From: a virus
Taxonomy: Duplodnaviria; Caudoviricetes
Virus record (IMG/VR): IMGVR_UViG_3300023095_000009
Location: 1 to 26,241 of that record
DNA: 26,241 nucleotides
Direction: 5' to 3' (one strand)
The position numbers and the translations under genes were made by a program. The notes beneath the pieces were generated by a model. The model was not told where the DNA came from and ran no database searches. It was given only the letters and a program-made list of their open reading frames with translations. Shown in pieces: positions 17,328 through 26,030 of this stretch (position 1 is its first letter; each line of letters begins with the position of its first letter).

Positions 17328-17656
17328 TGGAAGCAGTGATCGCGGCGATATTCTCGTCACCCTTGACCCCCATCTCCCTCTGCTTCTCGTTCGTCGCCCT
17401 CATCGTGGTCTCGTTCGTACGCGGCTGGATCATCCCGAGGACGACGGTCACGCTGCTGCTGGCCGCCGCACAGCTCCGGTGGGAGTCAGAGCACCAGCGG
17501 GCCGAGGACTTCAAGACGGCGCTGGAGAACTCCGAGAAGGCCCGCATCCTCCAAGCTGAGTCCCTTGCCAAGCTTCTTAGCTACGCTGAAGCGACGAAGC
17601 AGATGCTGGAGGCCATGCCGCTTCTGGATTCCGACAAAGAGAGAGCGGCGACCTGA
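17327..17656 (+). CDS. Membrane protein, holin-like / lysis accessory, 109 aa
   Basis: TAATG coupling. One N-terminal TM helix, then RGWIIPR, then a coiled coil, a layout seen in actinophage lysis-cassette proteins. Confidence 0.7.
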   Translation: MEAVIAAIFSSPLTPISLCFSFVALIVVSFVRGWIIPRTTVTLLLAAAQLRWESEHQRAEDFKTALENSEKARILQAESLAKLLSYAEATKQMLEAMPLLDSDKERAAT

Positions 17657-17874
17657 TGGCAAAGTGGTGGAAGCGGAAGCTGCTGACGCAGGTGGAGCTG
17701 GTACCAACGTCTACGGACGGGGCCGAAGCGAAGGCCCGATCCGAGCTGGCCTTGCAGGCCGCGGTCGACCAGCACAGCGCCGCCTCGGAGATGGGCGTAC
17801 AGTTCGAGTTCTACAACGAGCGCAATCACTATATGACCCGAGTAAAGAAAGCGTGGGGAGCCCCCGATGTTTGA
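17656..17874 (+). CDS. Small lysis-cassette-associated protein, 72 aa
   Basis: TGATG coupling. MAKWWKRK N-terminus and ERNHY...KAWG C-terminus. Sits between two membrane genes. Confidence 0.65.
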   Translation: MAKWWKRKLLTQVELVPTSTDGAEAKARSELALQAAVDQHSAASEMGVQFEFYNERNHYMTRVKKAWGAPDV

Positions 17875-18217
17875 AGCTATGGCACCGGAGAACGCGATCA
17901 TCATGGTACTTCTCGTACTCGGGGTCATCCCGCTCGTGCTGTTCATTGTCCGCTACTTCTTCTTCAGCCCGTGGCGGGCTGAGCCCGAGGGACGGACGAT
18001 GATGTACCAGAAGATCGCCCTGCTCGCAGTGCTGCTGCTGGCCCTCGCTGCACGTGCGCTCGGCCCCGAGTACTGGGGACGCGAGGTCATCACGATCCTC
18101 GTCTACACCGTGATCGTCTACTTCTTCTGGCGCACCCTGTTCGAGCTGCTTTCCGTGCAGCGGCAGTACCCCTTCAGCCGCATCCGACTCTGGCGCGAGA
18201 AGCGCAAGCGGAAATGA
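17867..18217 (+). CDS. Putative holin, three TM segments, 116 aa
   Basis: GGGGAG SD, three hydrophobic helices, W...EGR..M motif and strongly basic C-terminus (REKRKRK). Confidence 0.75.
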   Translation: MFEAMAPENAIIMVLLVLGVIPLVLFIVRYFFFSPWRAEPEGRTMMYQKIALLAVLLLALAARALGPEYWGREVITILVYTVIVYFFWRTLFELLSVQRQYPFSRIRLWREKRKRK

Positions 18218-18262
18218 CGAAAGCCCCCCGTGCGCGGCGGCGGCTGAGTGGGGGGCTTTCGT
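18217..18262. terminator. Bidirectional terminator between convergent arms
   Basis: ACGAAAGCCCCCC-N20-GGGGGGCTTTCGT is a perfect 13-bp inverted repeat giving a TTTCGT tail on both strands. Confidence 0.78.
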
Positions 18263-18293
18263 GTAGCCGATCGGAGAATCAACTAGGTACAGT

Positions 18294-18752
18294 CTAGTCT
18301 CCGGCAGCCTCTCGCCGCAACTGGAGACGGCTCTTCACGCGGCCGTTCCGCTGCATCCACTCTCGCGTCTGCACGTAGGCGTCGTCCCCGTGGCTGAGTG
18401 CGTGATTCGTAGCCTGCTTCATCCCGGCGTGGGCGTACAGGATCGGCAGGTTCCCTGTCGGCATGGCCGTCGTAGGGCACTTCGCGCGCACCGCCGCCAG
18501 CTTGCACGCACCGATGACCTGAGAGGCCACCATGCGGCGGCCCTTGGCCTGCGAGGCGATGGCCGCGGCCTTGCCCTTCAGCAGCCGGAAGTCCTCGTAG
18601 ATGATGCGCTCGATCTCACCGCGCTCAGGGAGCGCATCGAGGAAGATGTAGAAGTCGAAGTCCGACAGGATGCCGCGCTCGATCTCCACGTTGTCCTCCC
18701 ACAGGGAGTAGCCGGTCATGTCGCCGGGGTCGACGCCGAGAATGAGGCTCAT
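18294..18752 (-). CDS. RuvC-like Holliday junction resolvase, 152 aa
   Basis: ILGVDPG..TG N-terminus, IIYEDF, and C-terminal H..DA. These are the RNase H-fold acidic catalytic positions. Confidence 0.8.
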   Translation of the reverse strand: MSLILGVDPGDMTGYSLWEDNVEIERGILSDFDFYIFLDALPERGEIERIIYEDFRLLKGKAAAIASQAKGRRMVASQVIGACKLAAVRAKCPTTAMPTGNLPILYAHAGMKQATNHALSHGDDAYVQTREWMQRNGRVKSRLQLRREAAGD

Positions 18753-18961
18753 CGGATGCCCTTCCAGTGGAACTCGTTGCCGCCCATATCCACGTAGACG
18801 TGCTTCTCGTACGGCACCACCTCGGGGAAGGGGTGGTCTGACATCCGTTCGACGAACGGCTTCATCACCGGCACGTAGTAGTGGTTTCCGAAGTCTCTAG
18901 GAACGGCGACAGCGGTGCCAGCGGCGGGGCCGCCAACGAGGTAGATCTCTCGGGTGTTCAC
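18749..18961 (-). CDS. Small hypothetical protein, 70 aa (MNTREIYLVGGPAAG...)
   Basis: GGAGG SD precedes a GTG overlapping the polymerase stop (GTGA). Its stop overlaps the resolvase start (ATGA). The GGPxxG motif is common in small phage proteins. Confidence 0.72.
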   Translation of the reverse strand: MNTREIYLVGGPAAGTAVAVPRDFGNHYYVPVMKPFVERMSDHPFPEVVPYEKHVYVDMGGNEFHWKGIR

Positions 18962-20736
18962 AGGGTTCCTCCCCATCGGTGTGCGTCCACAGCGAAGCGC
19001 ACGTCGTTGAATGATTTGCCGCACGTGCCCTGCACGTCCGACATGATGTCGATGATCTGCGGCACCATCGTGTCCTCCAGCTCGGCCTTGATCTCGAACA
19101 CGATTGCGTCGTGCACCTGAAGCAGCATCCGGCAGTCGTCGCTGTCGACCTCATCGAATAGGCGCACCATCGTCATCTCCATGATGTCGGCGGCACCGCC
19201 CTGAATGAGAGAGTTCATGGCCTTGTAGGACTCCTCTTTCGGGTTGCGGAAGTGGCGGGCACGGCCCGACCACATGCGGATCTTGCCCTCCTTGCGCGCG
19301 AGCTGGTCGCACTTCTCGGCGAGCGCCTTGAACGCCGGGTAGGTGTTGAAGTAGTTCGAGCGGATCTCTTCGGCGCGCTCTTTCGAGACGCGGAAGGCGG
19401 TCATCAGACGGTTGAGCCCGGCGCCGTACTGCATCGAGTAGGTGAGCGTCTTGCAGTCGTTCCGCACCATCTCCAGCGCGGCGGCCATCTCGTCGAACAC
19501 ATCTCGCAGAGGGTCGGAGAACACAGCCTTCAGGTGCGGCTCGTTGGCGTAGGCCGTGGCCAGCCGGAGTTCGAGCTGGGAGTAGTCGACCTCCACGAGC
19601 ACGTAGCCCTCGCGCGGGACGAAGCACTCTTTGACGCGGCCGTTCCACGGCTTGTCGGTGACCTTCGGGATCTGCTGGAGGTTCGGGTTCGTGCACGAGA
19701 ACCGGCCGGTGACGGTAGTGTCGAGACGGAACTCGCAGCGCACGCGGCCGTCAGGGCTCCGGCGCTCGATGTAGGGCCGGTAGTAGGTGCCGACGCTCTT
19801 CGACCAGCCGCGGTACTCACGAAGCTGCCTGCCGAACGGGTCATCGGTCTCATCGAGCAGCGCGTCGTACTCCTGCATGGCGAACTTGTCGAAGCTCGGG
19901 GCTCCGGTCTTCGCCGACGCCTTCACGATAGGGAATCCGAGCTTGCCGATCAGCACCGATTCGAGATCGTTGCGGCTGCCGGGGTTGATGCCCATGGCCG
20001 TGCGCAGCTCCGACATGATGCCTTCGCCTTTTTCGGCCAGCTCCAGCGCGAGGGCAGGGTTGACGAGCACGCCGCGGCTCTCCATGACGATGAGCACGTT
20101 GATGAGGCGCTGCTTGTGATACCAGTACTCCCGGCCAGCCTCCTCGTCGAGCATGGGCAGCATCTCGCGGCCGAGGCGCCACGTACTCACGGCATCGGTC
20201 TCGGCGTACGCCTTGACCTCACTGGCAGGCCATGTCGGGAAGCCGAGCTTCTTCTCCTTCTCCAGCTCGGGAGAGGTGTTCTTGCCGCTCTCTCCGAGGT
20301 AGACGTGAGCGCACTCGTCGAGACCCTTGCGCATGGGCCAGTTCTCGTTGATGAGCTGAGCGGCCACCATCGTGTCAAGAAACCAGATGCCGAACACGTC
20401 GATATCGAGCGTAGCGAGGGACGGGATGTCGAACTGAGCGTTGTGGAAGATGAGTGCGGACGCCGACTCCAGACCCTCTCGCAGCAGCCCCAGCGTGCGC
20501 TGGCCGTAGTTCTCTCCCGTGGCGTGCCGGAAGGGGTAGTAGTGCGTGAACGCCCCGTCATCGGTCACGAACGCCACGCTCACGCCACGAGCAAAGCCGC
20601 GGCCGTCTCGTACGTCCTGAGCGTTGGTCTCGGTGTCGACAGCGATGATTTTGGCGGTGCGCATGTGCTGTAGGACTGACAGCCCTTCAGCCTTGTGCTG
20701 GAGGTAGCCGCCAACCGGGTTAGAGTCCGAAGGCAT
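18958..20736 (-). CDS. polA: DNA polymerase family A (3'-5' exonuclease plus polymerase, no 5'-3' exonuclease), about 592 aa
   Basis: Exo motifs AVDTET, FHNAQFD, YAETD. Pol motifs TGRFSCTNPNLQQIP, DYSQLELR, R...KTLTYSMQYG, NSLIQG.AAD, QVHD. AAGGGA SD before ATG 20736. Confidence 0.95.
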   Translation of the reverse strand: MPSDSNPVGGYLQHKAEGLSVLQHMRTAKIIAVDTETNAQDVRDGRGFARGVSVAFVTDDGAFTHYYPFRHATGENYGQRTLGLLREGLESASALIFHNAQFDIPSLATLDIDVFGIWFLDTMVAAQLINENWPMRKGLDECAHVYLGESGKNTSPELEKEKKLGFPTWPASEVKAYAETDAVSTWRLGREMLPMLDEEAGREYWYHKQRLINVLIVMESRGVLVNPALALELAEKGEGIMSELRTAMGINPGSRNDLESVLIGKLGFPIVKASAKTGAPSFDKFAMQEYDALLDETDDPFGRQLREYRGWSKSVGTYYRPYIERRSPDGRVRCEFRLDTTVTGRFSCTNPNLQQIPKVTDKPWNGRVKECFVPREGYVLVEVDYSQLELRLATAYANEPHLKAVFSDPLRDVFDEMAAALEMVRNDCKTLTYSMQYGAGLNRLMTAFRVSKERAEEIRSNYFNTYPAFKALAEKCDQLARKEGKIRMWSGRARHFRNPKEESYKAMNSLIQGGAADIMEMTMVRLFDEVDSDDCRMLLQVHDAIVFEIKAELEDTMVPQIIDIMSDVQGTCGKSFNDVRFAVDAHRWGGTL

Positions 20737-22531
20737 CGTTCGTCCCTTCTGCAAAGTTGAGGTGATCGGTGTGGTAGGTGAGGTGCTGATCTCGATACAG
20801 CGTCTGCGGGCGAACCTCGGGGCCGAGGCGCATCTTCAGGGTGTCGACGGTAATGGCGCCCTCGGTGAGGTAGCGAAGCGAGATCACGAAGTCGGCGTCC
20901 GTCATCAGGTAGGTGCTGCCGTAGACATCGCTCAGCTCTACGCCGTCCTTCTTCTGAGCGTCGTTCGACTTCTTGCGGTTGTGGTGGATCATGTAGACGC
21001 CGCAGTGGTACTTCGCCTTGACGTTCATTAGGTAGTGCGCGAGCGTGCGCGCGGCCTCCTCATCGGTCAGGCTCTTGGATGAGACCTTGCCGAGGCTGTC
21101 GATGAACACCATGTCGGGCTGGTACTCCGACAGCAGGGCCTCGAAGAATCGCTGGCCTTCGGGGGTGTCGAGCGGCAGCGGGCGGCCGTGTGGGAAGACC
21201 TTGAAGTTCTGATTGAGGGTATTCAGCTCCGCGGGGGTGTAGGACTCAGCGATCGTCGAGAGGAAGAGGTGCATGGGGGCCTCGCCCATCTCCAAGCTGA
21301 GGAAGAGCACCTTTTTGGGTGAGGGTTGCGCGTATTTCCAGTCGAGGAAGTCGGTGCCGAGAGCGAGCGAGCAGGACATCTGGATGCCGTACTGCGTCTT
21401 GCCGACGCCGGGGAATCCGGTGATGAAGCCATAGCCCTCCTCGGCAAGCAGGCCCTCGTAGACCCACTCGATGTGGAACTCGCTCTCCACGAAGTCGTTG
21501 AAGCCGTAGACCAGCGGGCCATCGGTGGCCTCTTCGGCTGAGCCCTCCAGCCCGGCGAACGTGAGGTCGCTGCCGGTGAGGTAGCCGTGCTTCTGCCGGG
21601 CGCGGTTCACGATGTCGACCAACAGGCGCTCGCGATTGTGCCGGTAGAGGTACTTCTCCCAGCGCGTGTCGGCGTTCTGGAGCACGGCCATGATCTGCTC
21701 GTCGGAGAACCCCTGCTCGGCGCCGAGGTAGGCCAGCTCCTGCATGGCAGCACTCCGGCCGCCCTTGCGCTTGGCCTCGGGCGTGGAGAGATCTTCCTGC
21801 GTGACCTGAAACTTCTCCCAGAACTCCGGCGTCCACTTGTTCAGGGCGATCACGTCGCTGATGTCGGGCAGGTCGCCGACAGCGAGGGTGTTCGCGATGA
21901 GCTGCTTGGCCGAGGTGATGGCGCCGAACTCTTCGAGGTCATGGGCGTTGTCGACCCACTGGAGGTTGACCACCTGCTCGACAGTGCTGCGCTCCCCGCG
22001 GCTGATCTTCAGCGCGCTCGGGAAGTTCGGCGTGTTGATGGGTCGCAGGATCTGATTGGCGTCCCAGCCGCTCGTGTCGGCGTCGAGGGAGTAAGCGAGC
22101 GCCCTGTTCCGATCCTCCAACGTGGCCGGGTCGGTGATCGGTTCGTCGAGTTGCCAGTACACGTGCTCGTGGCCGGGGAGGCTGGAGCGGTTGCGCATGT
22201 CGGGCTCGGGGATCGGCTGCTCTGACCAGTCAGTCGGGGCGTTGCCGTCGAAGTCGACCCAGAGCACGTGGCTCGCGAGGAAGTTGTCTTTTTGGCCAGC
22301 CCCTCGGGGCTCGGCGGGGTCATACAGGCCGGGGCCGTAGAACACGTTGTCGCCTTGCGCTGCGTGCTTCAGCACGTAGTCGATGACGGCCTTGCGCTGT
22401 CGGGGCCACTGGAACACGACCTTCTTCAGATCCATGTCACCCGCGTTGTCGTGCGGCAGGTAGACGGCGCCTTCAGTGTCGTGCCAGATGTAGTCGAAGA
22501 AGTCCCCGAGGACTTCGGTGTCTTGCGTCAA
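20720..22531 (-). CDS. Primase-helicase (RepB/AEP-type primase plus RecA-like SF4/AAA_25 helicase), 603 aa
   Basis: LWVDFD, SS.PGHEHVYW and D.SGWDANQILR in the primase part. GFPGVGKT, FLSLEM, VFIDSL and IHHNRK in the helicase part. Confidence 0.9.
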   Translation of the reverse strand: MTQDTEVLGDFFDYIWHDTEGAVYLPHDNAGDMDLKKVVFQWPRQRKAVIDYVLKHAAQGDNVFYGPGLYDPAEPRGAGQKDNFLASHVLWVDFDGNAPTDWSEQPIPEPDMRNRSSLPGHEHVYWQLDEPITDPATLEDRNRALAYSLDADTSGWDANQILRPINTPNFPSALKISRGERSTVEQVVNLQWVDNAHDLEEFGAITSAKQLIANTLAVGDLPDISDVIALNKWTPEFWEKFQVTQEDLSTPEAKRKGGRSAAMQELAYLGAEQGFSDEQIMAVLQNADTRWEKYLYRHNRERLLVDIVNRARQKHGYLTGSDLTFAGLEGSAEEATDGPLVYGFNDFVESEFHIEWVYEGLLAEEGYGFITGFPGVGKTQYGIQMSCSLALGTDFLDWKYAQPSPKKVLFLSLEMGEAPMHLFLSTIAESYTPAELNTLNQNFKVFPHGRPLPLDTPEGQRFFEALLSEYQPDMVFIDSLGKVSSKSLTDEEAARTLAHYLMNVKAKYHCGVYMIHHNRKKSNDAQKKDGVELSDVYGSTYLMTDADFVISLRYLTEGAITVDTLKMRLGPEVRPQTLYRDQHLTYHTDHLNFAEGTNDAFGL

Positions 22532-22568
22532 GAGATGCCTTTCGAGGCGGCTGGTTAGGCCAGAAGGG

Positions 22569-22594
22569 GAGGGGTGAGCCGAAGCCCACCCCTC
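22569..22594 (-). terminator. Stable C(UUCG)G hairpin after the SSB gene; terminator or mRNA stabiliser
   Basis: Minus strand reads GAGGGGTGGGC-TTCG-GCTCACCCCTC followed by CCCTTCT, 8 nt after the stop. Confidence 0.6.
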
Positions 22595-22602
22595 GTTACT
22601 GC

Positions 22603-23271
22603 TTAGGCGAAGGGGTTACCCGACACCGTAGCAGGCCGCTTCGGTGCGGTGCGAGCGGGCGCCGGAGCTGCCTCTTCTGCCACCGCCTCGTCGGGCACGT
22701 CCTCCGTCGTGTACTCGGGAGCGTCGTCGGCCGCCTCAGCGACCGGCGCGGGCTTCTGCACCGGAGCTGCCGTGCGCTTGGCCGGAGCCTTGCGAGCGAC
22801 CGCCTGCACCGGCTTAGCTGCCTTCTCTTCGTTGAGCTTCATCGAGCGGATGTTCGTGAACTCCCGGTCGTCGCCCTCCTTCTTGCTCTTCGTCTTCACG
22901 ATCTGGAAGGTGCCGGTGACACCCTGAATGTCGTCCGGCTCGAAGTCGTTGAGCCCCGCGGGGTCGACACCGAGCGCGAGCAGGCGCGCCTTCAGGTAGC
23001 CGAGCTGCTGCTCATCGCGCTTGCTCGGGTTGTGCGGGTCGAAGTCTGCGCCCGCGGGCATGCCGAGGCTCTCGCTCCACTTCTTGTCTTCGACGTTCTT
23101 GTTGTTCAGCAGGTAGCTGATCTCGAAGAACTTCCAAGCCGCACCGTTCTTCTCGCCCTTTTTGAGCTGGGCACCGGTCACCTCGAAGCTGTAGATGCCC
23201 GCGTCGGGGTCACTGAACCCGGTGATGTCGGGAGCGCTGGCGAGGTCGAGTTCTTCTCCGAAGAATCCCAT
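22603..23271 (-). CDS. Putative single-stranded DNA-binding protein (DUF669-like OB fold), 222 aa
   Basis: GIYSFEVT..., LKARLLALG and FTNIR core with a long Ala/Pro/acidic tail ending NPFA. Lies between the Sak4-like ATPase and primase-helicase. Confidence 0.7.
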   Translation of the reverse strand: MGFFGEELDLASAPDITGFSDPDAGIYSFEVTGAQLKKGEKNGAAWKFFEISYLLNNKNVEDKKWSESLGMPAGADFDPHNPSKRDEQQLGYLKARLLALGVDPAGLNDFEPDDIQGVTGTFQIVKTKSKKEGDDREFTNIRSMKLNEEKAAKPVQAVARKAPAKRTAAPVQKPAPVAEAADDAPEYTTEDVPDEAVAEEAAPAPARTAPKRPATVSGNPFA

Positions 23272-23315
23272 GATGTGTTTCTCTTTTCCTGTATTTGATG
23301 CGTTGTGTGTTGGTG

Positions 23316-23717
23316 TTACTGGTCTGCGGTCTCGATGTCGAACTCGGGCAGCAGGTTCTCGGGCTTGATGATGACCCTCGTGTGGTAGACACTCACGTCG
23401 ACCGGATCGAGCTGCGTGACGACGTAGTACACGTTGTCACTGAGCCCGACGAAGTGCTTCCGGTAGTCGTCTTCACCCTGCTTGCAGGTGACCACGAGTT
23501 CTCCGGCCGAGCGTTCGATCGAGCAGCGGCCCTCCACGTAGAAGGCTACCTTGTCGGTGATGCCGTTGACGCCGACGATGCTGCGCTGAACCTCGAACTG
23601 CTCTGCCGCGGTGGACAGGTTCTCGGACGCCTTGTCGGCGTCGCTCGTGCAGCCCGTGAGCAGCAGCGTACCTGCCACGATCAGACCCGCGGCAATGGCG
23701 AGGACTTTCTTCTTCAC
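23316..23717 (-). CDS. Lipoprotein, 133 aa
   Basis: TAGGAG SD and GTG start. MKKKVLAIAAGLIVAGTLLLTG-C is a signal peptide II with lipobox. Mature part (ASENLS.AAEQFEVQR.IV..NGITD...EGRCSI) belongs to a widespread phage lipoprotein family. Confidence 0.85.
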   Translation of the reverse strand: MKKKVLAIAAGLIVAGTLLLTGCTSDADKASENLSTAAEQFEVQRSIVGVNGITDKVAFYVEGRCSIERSAGELVVTCKQGEDDYRKHFVGLSDNVYYVVTQLDPVDVSVYHTRVIIKPENLLPEFDIETADQ

Positions 23718-23746
23718 TGTGATTCTCCTATTCGGTGGGGTGTCGG

Positions 23747-23995
23747 CTAGCCGACGTAGGGCGGCCAGTTCCAATGGCCGGGCTTGGGTTCCGGCGAGAA
23801 GTCAACGGACTCGTTGAAGAACAGGCCGGTGGGGTTGAGTACGCACAGGCTGACGGAGAGTCCGTCTTCCTTCTGCATTGGCGGTTCCACCGAAGTGATG
23901 ATCGCTGCGCGCGGTGCGGGCAGGTACTCCCCTCCCGGCGTGCCGTAGCTCTGGTAGTGGACAGTGCGGCCGATGCTCGGCTTAGCCTGCGTCAT
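23747..23995 (-). CDS. Conserved phage hypothetical protein, 82 aa
   Basis: AAGGAG SD. PSIGRTVHY...RAAIIT...LCVLNPTG.FF...W.WPP pattern. Confidence 0.8.
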   Translation of the reverse strand: MTQAKPSIGRTVHYQSYGTPGGEYLPAPRAAIITSVEPPMQKEDGLSVSLCVLNPTGLFFNESVDFSPEPKPGHWNWPPYVG

Positions 23996-24236
23996 GGGTG
24001 TTCTCCTTCTGCTCGTCTGCGTGATCCTGTTCGATCACCTGATGGATGATCTTGGCCAGCCGCTCCTCGGAACGATCGGCCATGTCGTCGTTGTGCTCTT
24101 CGTGCCTGTTGTTCTCCTTCAGGCCCACGATGACCGCGAACGCTGTCACGATCACGAGCGCCACGTTGGAGAGGACGACGAAGCCGTCAATCGAAAGCAT
24201 GTTGATACCGCTCTCCACTGCCTCTGAGATGAACAT
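23982..24236 (-). CDS. Small single-pass membrane protein, about 84 aa
   Basis: Starts 4 nt after the ATPase stop. One TM helix followed by a charged His/Glu-rich tail. Confidence 0.65.
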   Translation of the reverse strand: MFISEAVESGINMLSIDGFVVLSNVALVIVTAFAVIVGLKENNRHEEHNDDMADRSEERLAKIIHQVIEQDHADEQKENTHDAG

Positions 24237-24240
24237 GTTG

Positions 24241-25131
24241 TTACCCTTCTGTGTATGCCGGGGCGTCGTCCGAGTCGGACGCTACCTCGTGCTCTTCTAC
24301 GACGGTCGAACCGACCTCCGTTGTGAGGTCGACAGTGCGTCGTTCCTCATCTCCCATCCAGTCGACAACCTCCGCGATGAGTTCCTCGGGGCTGAGCTTG
24401 ACGGGGAGTCCTCCGATCCTCGTCTTGGCGACGACGAACGTGGAAGGGTGCACCTGAATGACCCTCTTGTACTCGGGTGCGTCTTGCGACGCGGTGCCCG
24501 AGGTGAGCTTGGCGGTCATGTGACCGAGCAGGTGGAGCGGCTTGCGCAGATCCTTGGCGATGCCGGGGGAGAAGTCAGCCGTGACGACAGGGGTGTCTCC
24601 GGGCTTCTCCTTGTCGTAGCGCACGTGCGCGCCGTGGATCACGTTGAGGCCGGGCACGTTGTAGATCATGTCGAACAGCGCCTTGTAGCGGTTCTGCGCC
24701 TTGAAGTACTCGGGCCACTCCGGGGGCCGCGAGGGGATGTCGCCCTCCGGCGTGCCGAGGCTGGCCCTGAGCACGGCGTTGAGATCGTACTGGTAGATCG
24801 ACGACGACTCGTCGATGACCAGCGTGGTCACGTACTCGAACATGCCCTCACGATCGCGCAGCATCTCGCCCAGCTCGGCCAGCTCTTCGAGGGAGCCGAC
24901 AGGGTATCGCTTCGTCCGAGCCTTCAGGTCGGGGTGGTTCTTCAGGGTGACCCAGCCGTCGAGGCTGTCGGCGTAGATGATGCCGGTGCCTTCGGGGGAG
25001 ATTGCCTGTGCTAGTTCCATCAGGAACTTCGTCTTGCCGGTGCCGGTCTCTCCGTAGATCATGCCCTTGAAGTCAGGGTCGATGTCGTCGAAGCCAACCA
25101 TGCGCTGCATTACGTCGTCGAGCTTGCTCAT
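24241..25131 (-). CDS. Sak4-like AAA ATPase (single-strand annealing recombinase family), 296 aa
   Basis: MIYGETGTGKT Walker A, TLVIDE Walker B, NVIHGAH and AKTR. Adjacent to an exonuclease and near SSB. Confidence 0.82.
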   Translation of the reverse strand: MSKLDDVMQRMVGFDDIDPDFKGMIYGETGTGKTKFLMELAQAISPEGTGIIYADSLDGWVTLKNHPDLKARTKRYPVGSLEELAELGEMLRDREGMFEYVTTLVIDESSSIYQYDLNAVLRASLGTPEGDIPSRPPEWPEYFKAQNRYKALFDMIYNVPGLNVIHGAHVRYDKEKPGDTPVVTADFSPGIAKDLRKPLHLLGHMTAKLTSGTASQDAPEYKRVIQVHPSTFVVAKTRIGGLPVKLSPEELIAEVVDWMGDEERRTVDLTTEVGSTVVEEHEVASDSDDAPAYTEG

Positions 25132-26030
25132 ACCAATTCGTCTTCCTGTATATCCGGCGTGGTGCCGAAGTTGCGTGGTGTCTTTGTCTTGTATTCCGTG
25201 TGGATCATCAGCTCTGTGTCGCCGTCGATCAGCTCAGTGTTGCACAGATCGAGGAATGCGCAAGAGTTGCAGACCATCTTGTTCGCGGCGCGGAACGCGG
25301 TCTTGTCCTGCACCTCCAGCGGCAGTAGCTTGCGCTCTGCAATTTCGCCTGCCACTCCAATTTGCTCCTGAAAGGCGGTGAGCACGCGGGCGTCGTTCAT
25401 GTCGAGGTAGACCCAGCTCAGCACCTTGTCGACGGTCATTGCCTTCTGCTTGCGGTAGCGCAGCATGTTGTACGCCGCTTTCTCCGCGGGCAGGCCCATG
25501 GCACGGATCGCGCCGACGTACTTCGGGAGCTGCGACTGGATTTTCATGTCGCGCTCGGAGTAGAAGTCGTAGGTGATCTTGTGGTCGATGACCACGATCT
25601 TGCCTTGCGGGTTGCGAGCGATGAGGTCGATCACGAGAGGCATGAACTTGCCCTCCTCGTATTCGAACAGGAACTCCTTCTCGACAGCGAGGATCTCCCA
25701 GCCGTGCGTGTAGAAGGGCTCGTTCTCGAAGTACCACTCGAAGAGCAGCACCTCCAGCTCGGTGTGCTTGAAGCCACCGTTGACCAGCGGCTCGTCACCC
25801 ACGCCCTGCGACTTGATGTTCTGGAAGTGGTGCCGTGCCTCGGCGACCGCTCGCTCGTGGCTGTAGCCCTGCATCGCTGCACGGTAGTAGGTCTCCAGCA
25901 CGGCGTGCCCGGCCTTGCCGCGGTTCAGCGCTGTCGAATGCACCTTGCGCTCCAGCTTGCGGCCATAGCCGTACCAGTGCTTGCGTCGGCACGAGAGGTA
26001 GGTGTCTACTTCGGAGTGGCTGGTCTTCAT
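25128..26030 (-). CDS. Cas4/RecB-like PD-(D/E)XK exonuclease, 300 aa
   Basis: SHSEV.TYLSC.RK, G.AGH..LE, VEKEF, IDLI, IDHK, Q...Y, and C-terminal CNSC...LC (Fe-S cluster type Cys arrangement). Confidence 0.88.
   Translation of the reverse strand: MKTSHSEVDTYLSCRRKHWYGYGRKLERKVHSTALNRGKAGHAVLETYYRAAMQGYSHERAVAEARHHFQNIKSQGVGDEPLVNGGFKHTELEVLLFEWYFENEPFYTHGWEILAVEKEFLFEYEEGKFMPLVIDLIARNPQGKIVVIDHKITYDFYSERDMKIQSQLPKYVGAIRAMGLPAEKAAYNMLRYRKQKAMTVDKVLSWVYLDMNDARVLTAFQEQIGVAGEIAERKLLPLEVQDKTAFRAANKMVCNSCAFLDLCNTELIDGDTELMIHTEYKTKTPRNFGTTPDIQEDELV

Noticed and set aside
18264-18298. Possible antisense promoter (TACAGT) or small ACTAG/CTAGT hairpin beyond the terminator
   Set aside because: No good -35 and no downstream ORF with support. 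The motif is too short to distinguish from chance.
18958-20736. Polymerase as DpoZ (2-aminoadenine DNA system)
   Set aside because: No purZ, datZ or mazZ in the window and no diagnostic I can verify. The apparent restriction-site avoidance argues for unmodified DNA.
25128-26030. Cas4-like nuclease as a sign of a CRISPR system
   Set aside because: No array or other cas genes. The exonuclease-Sak4-SSB context is a standard phage recombination module.
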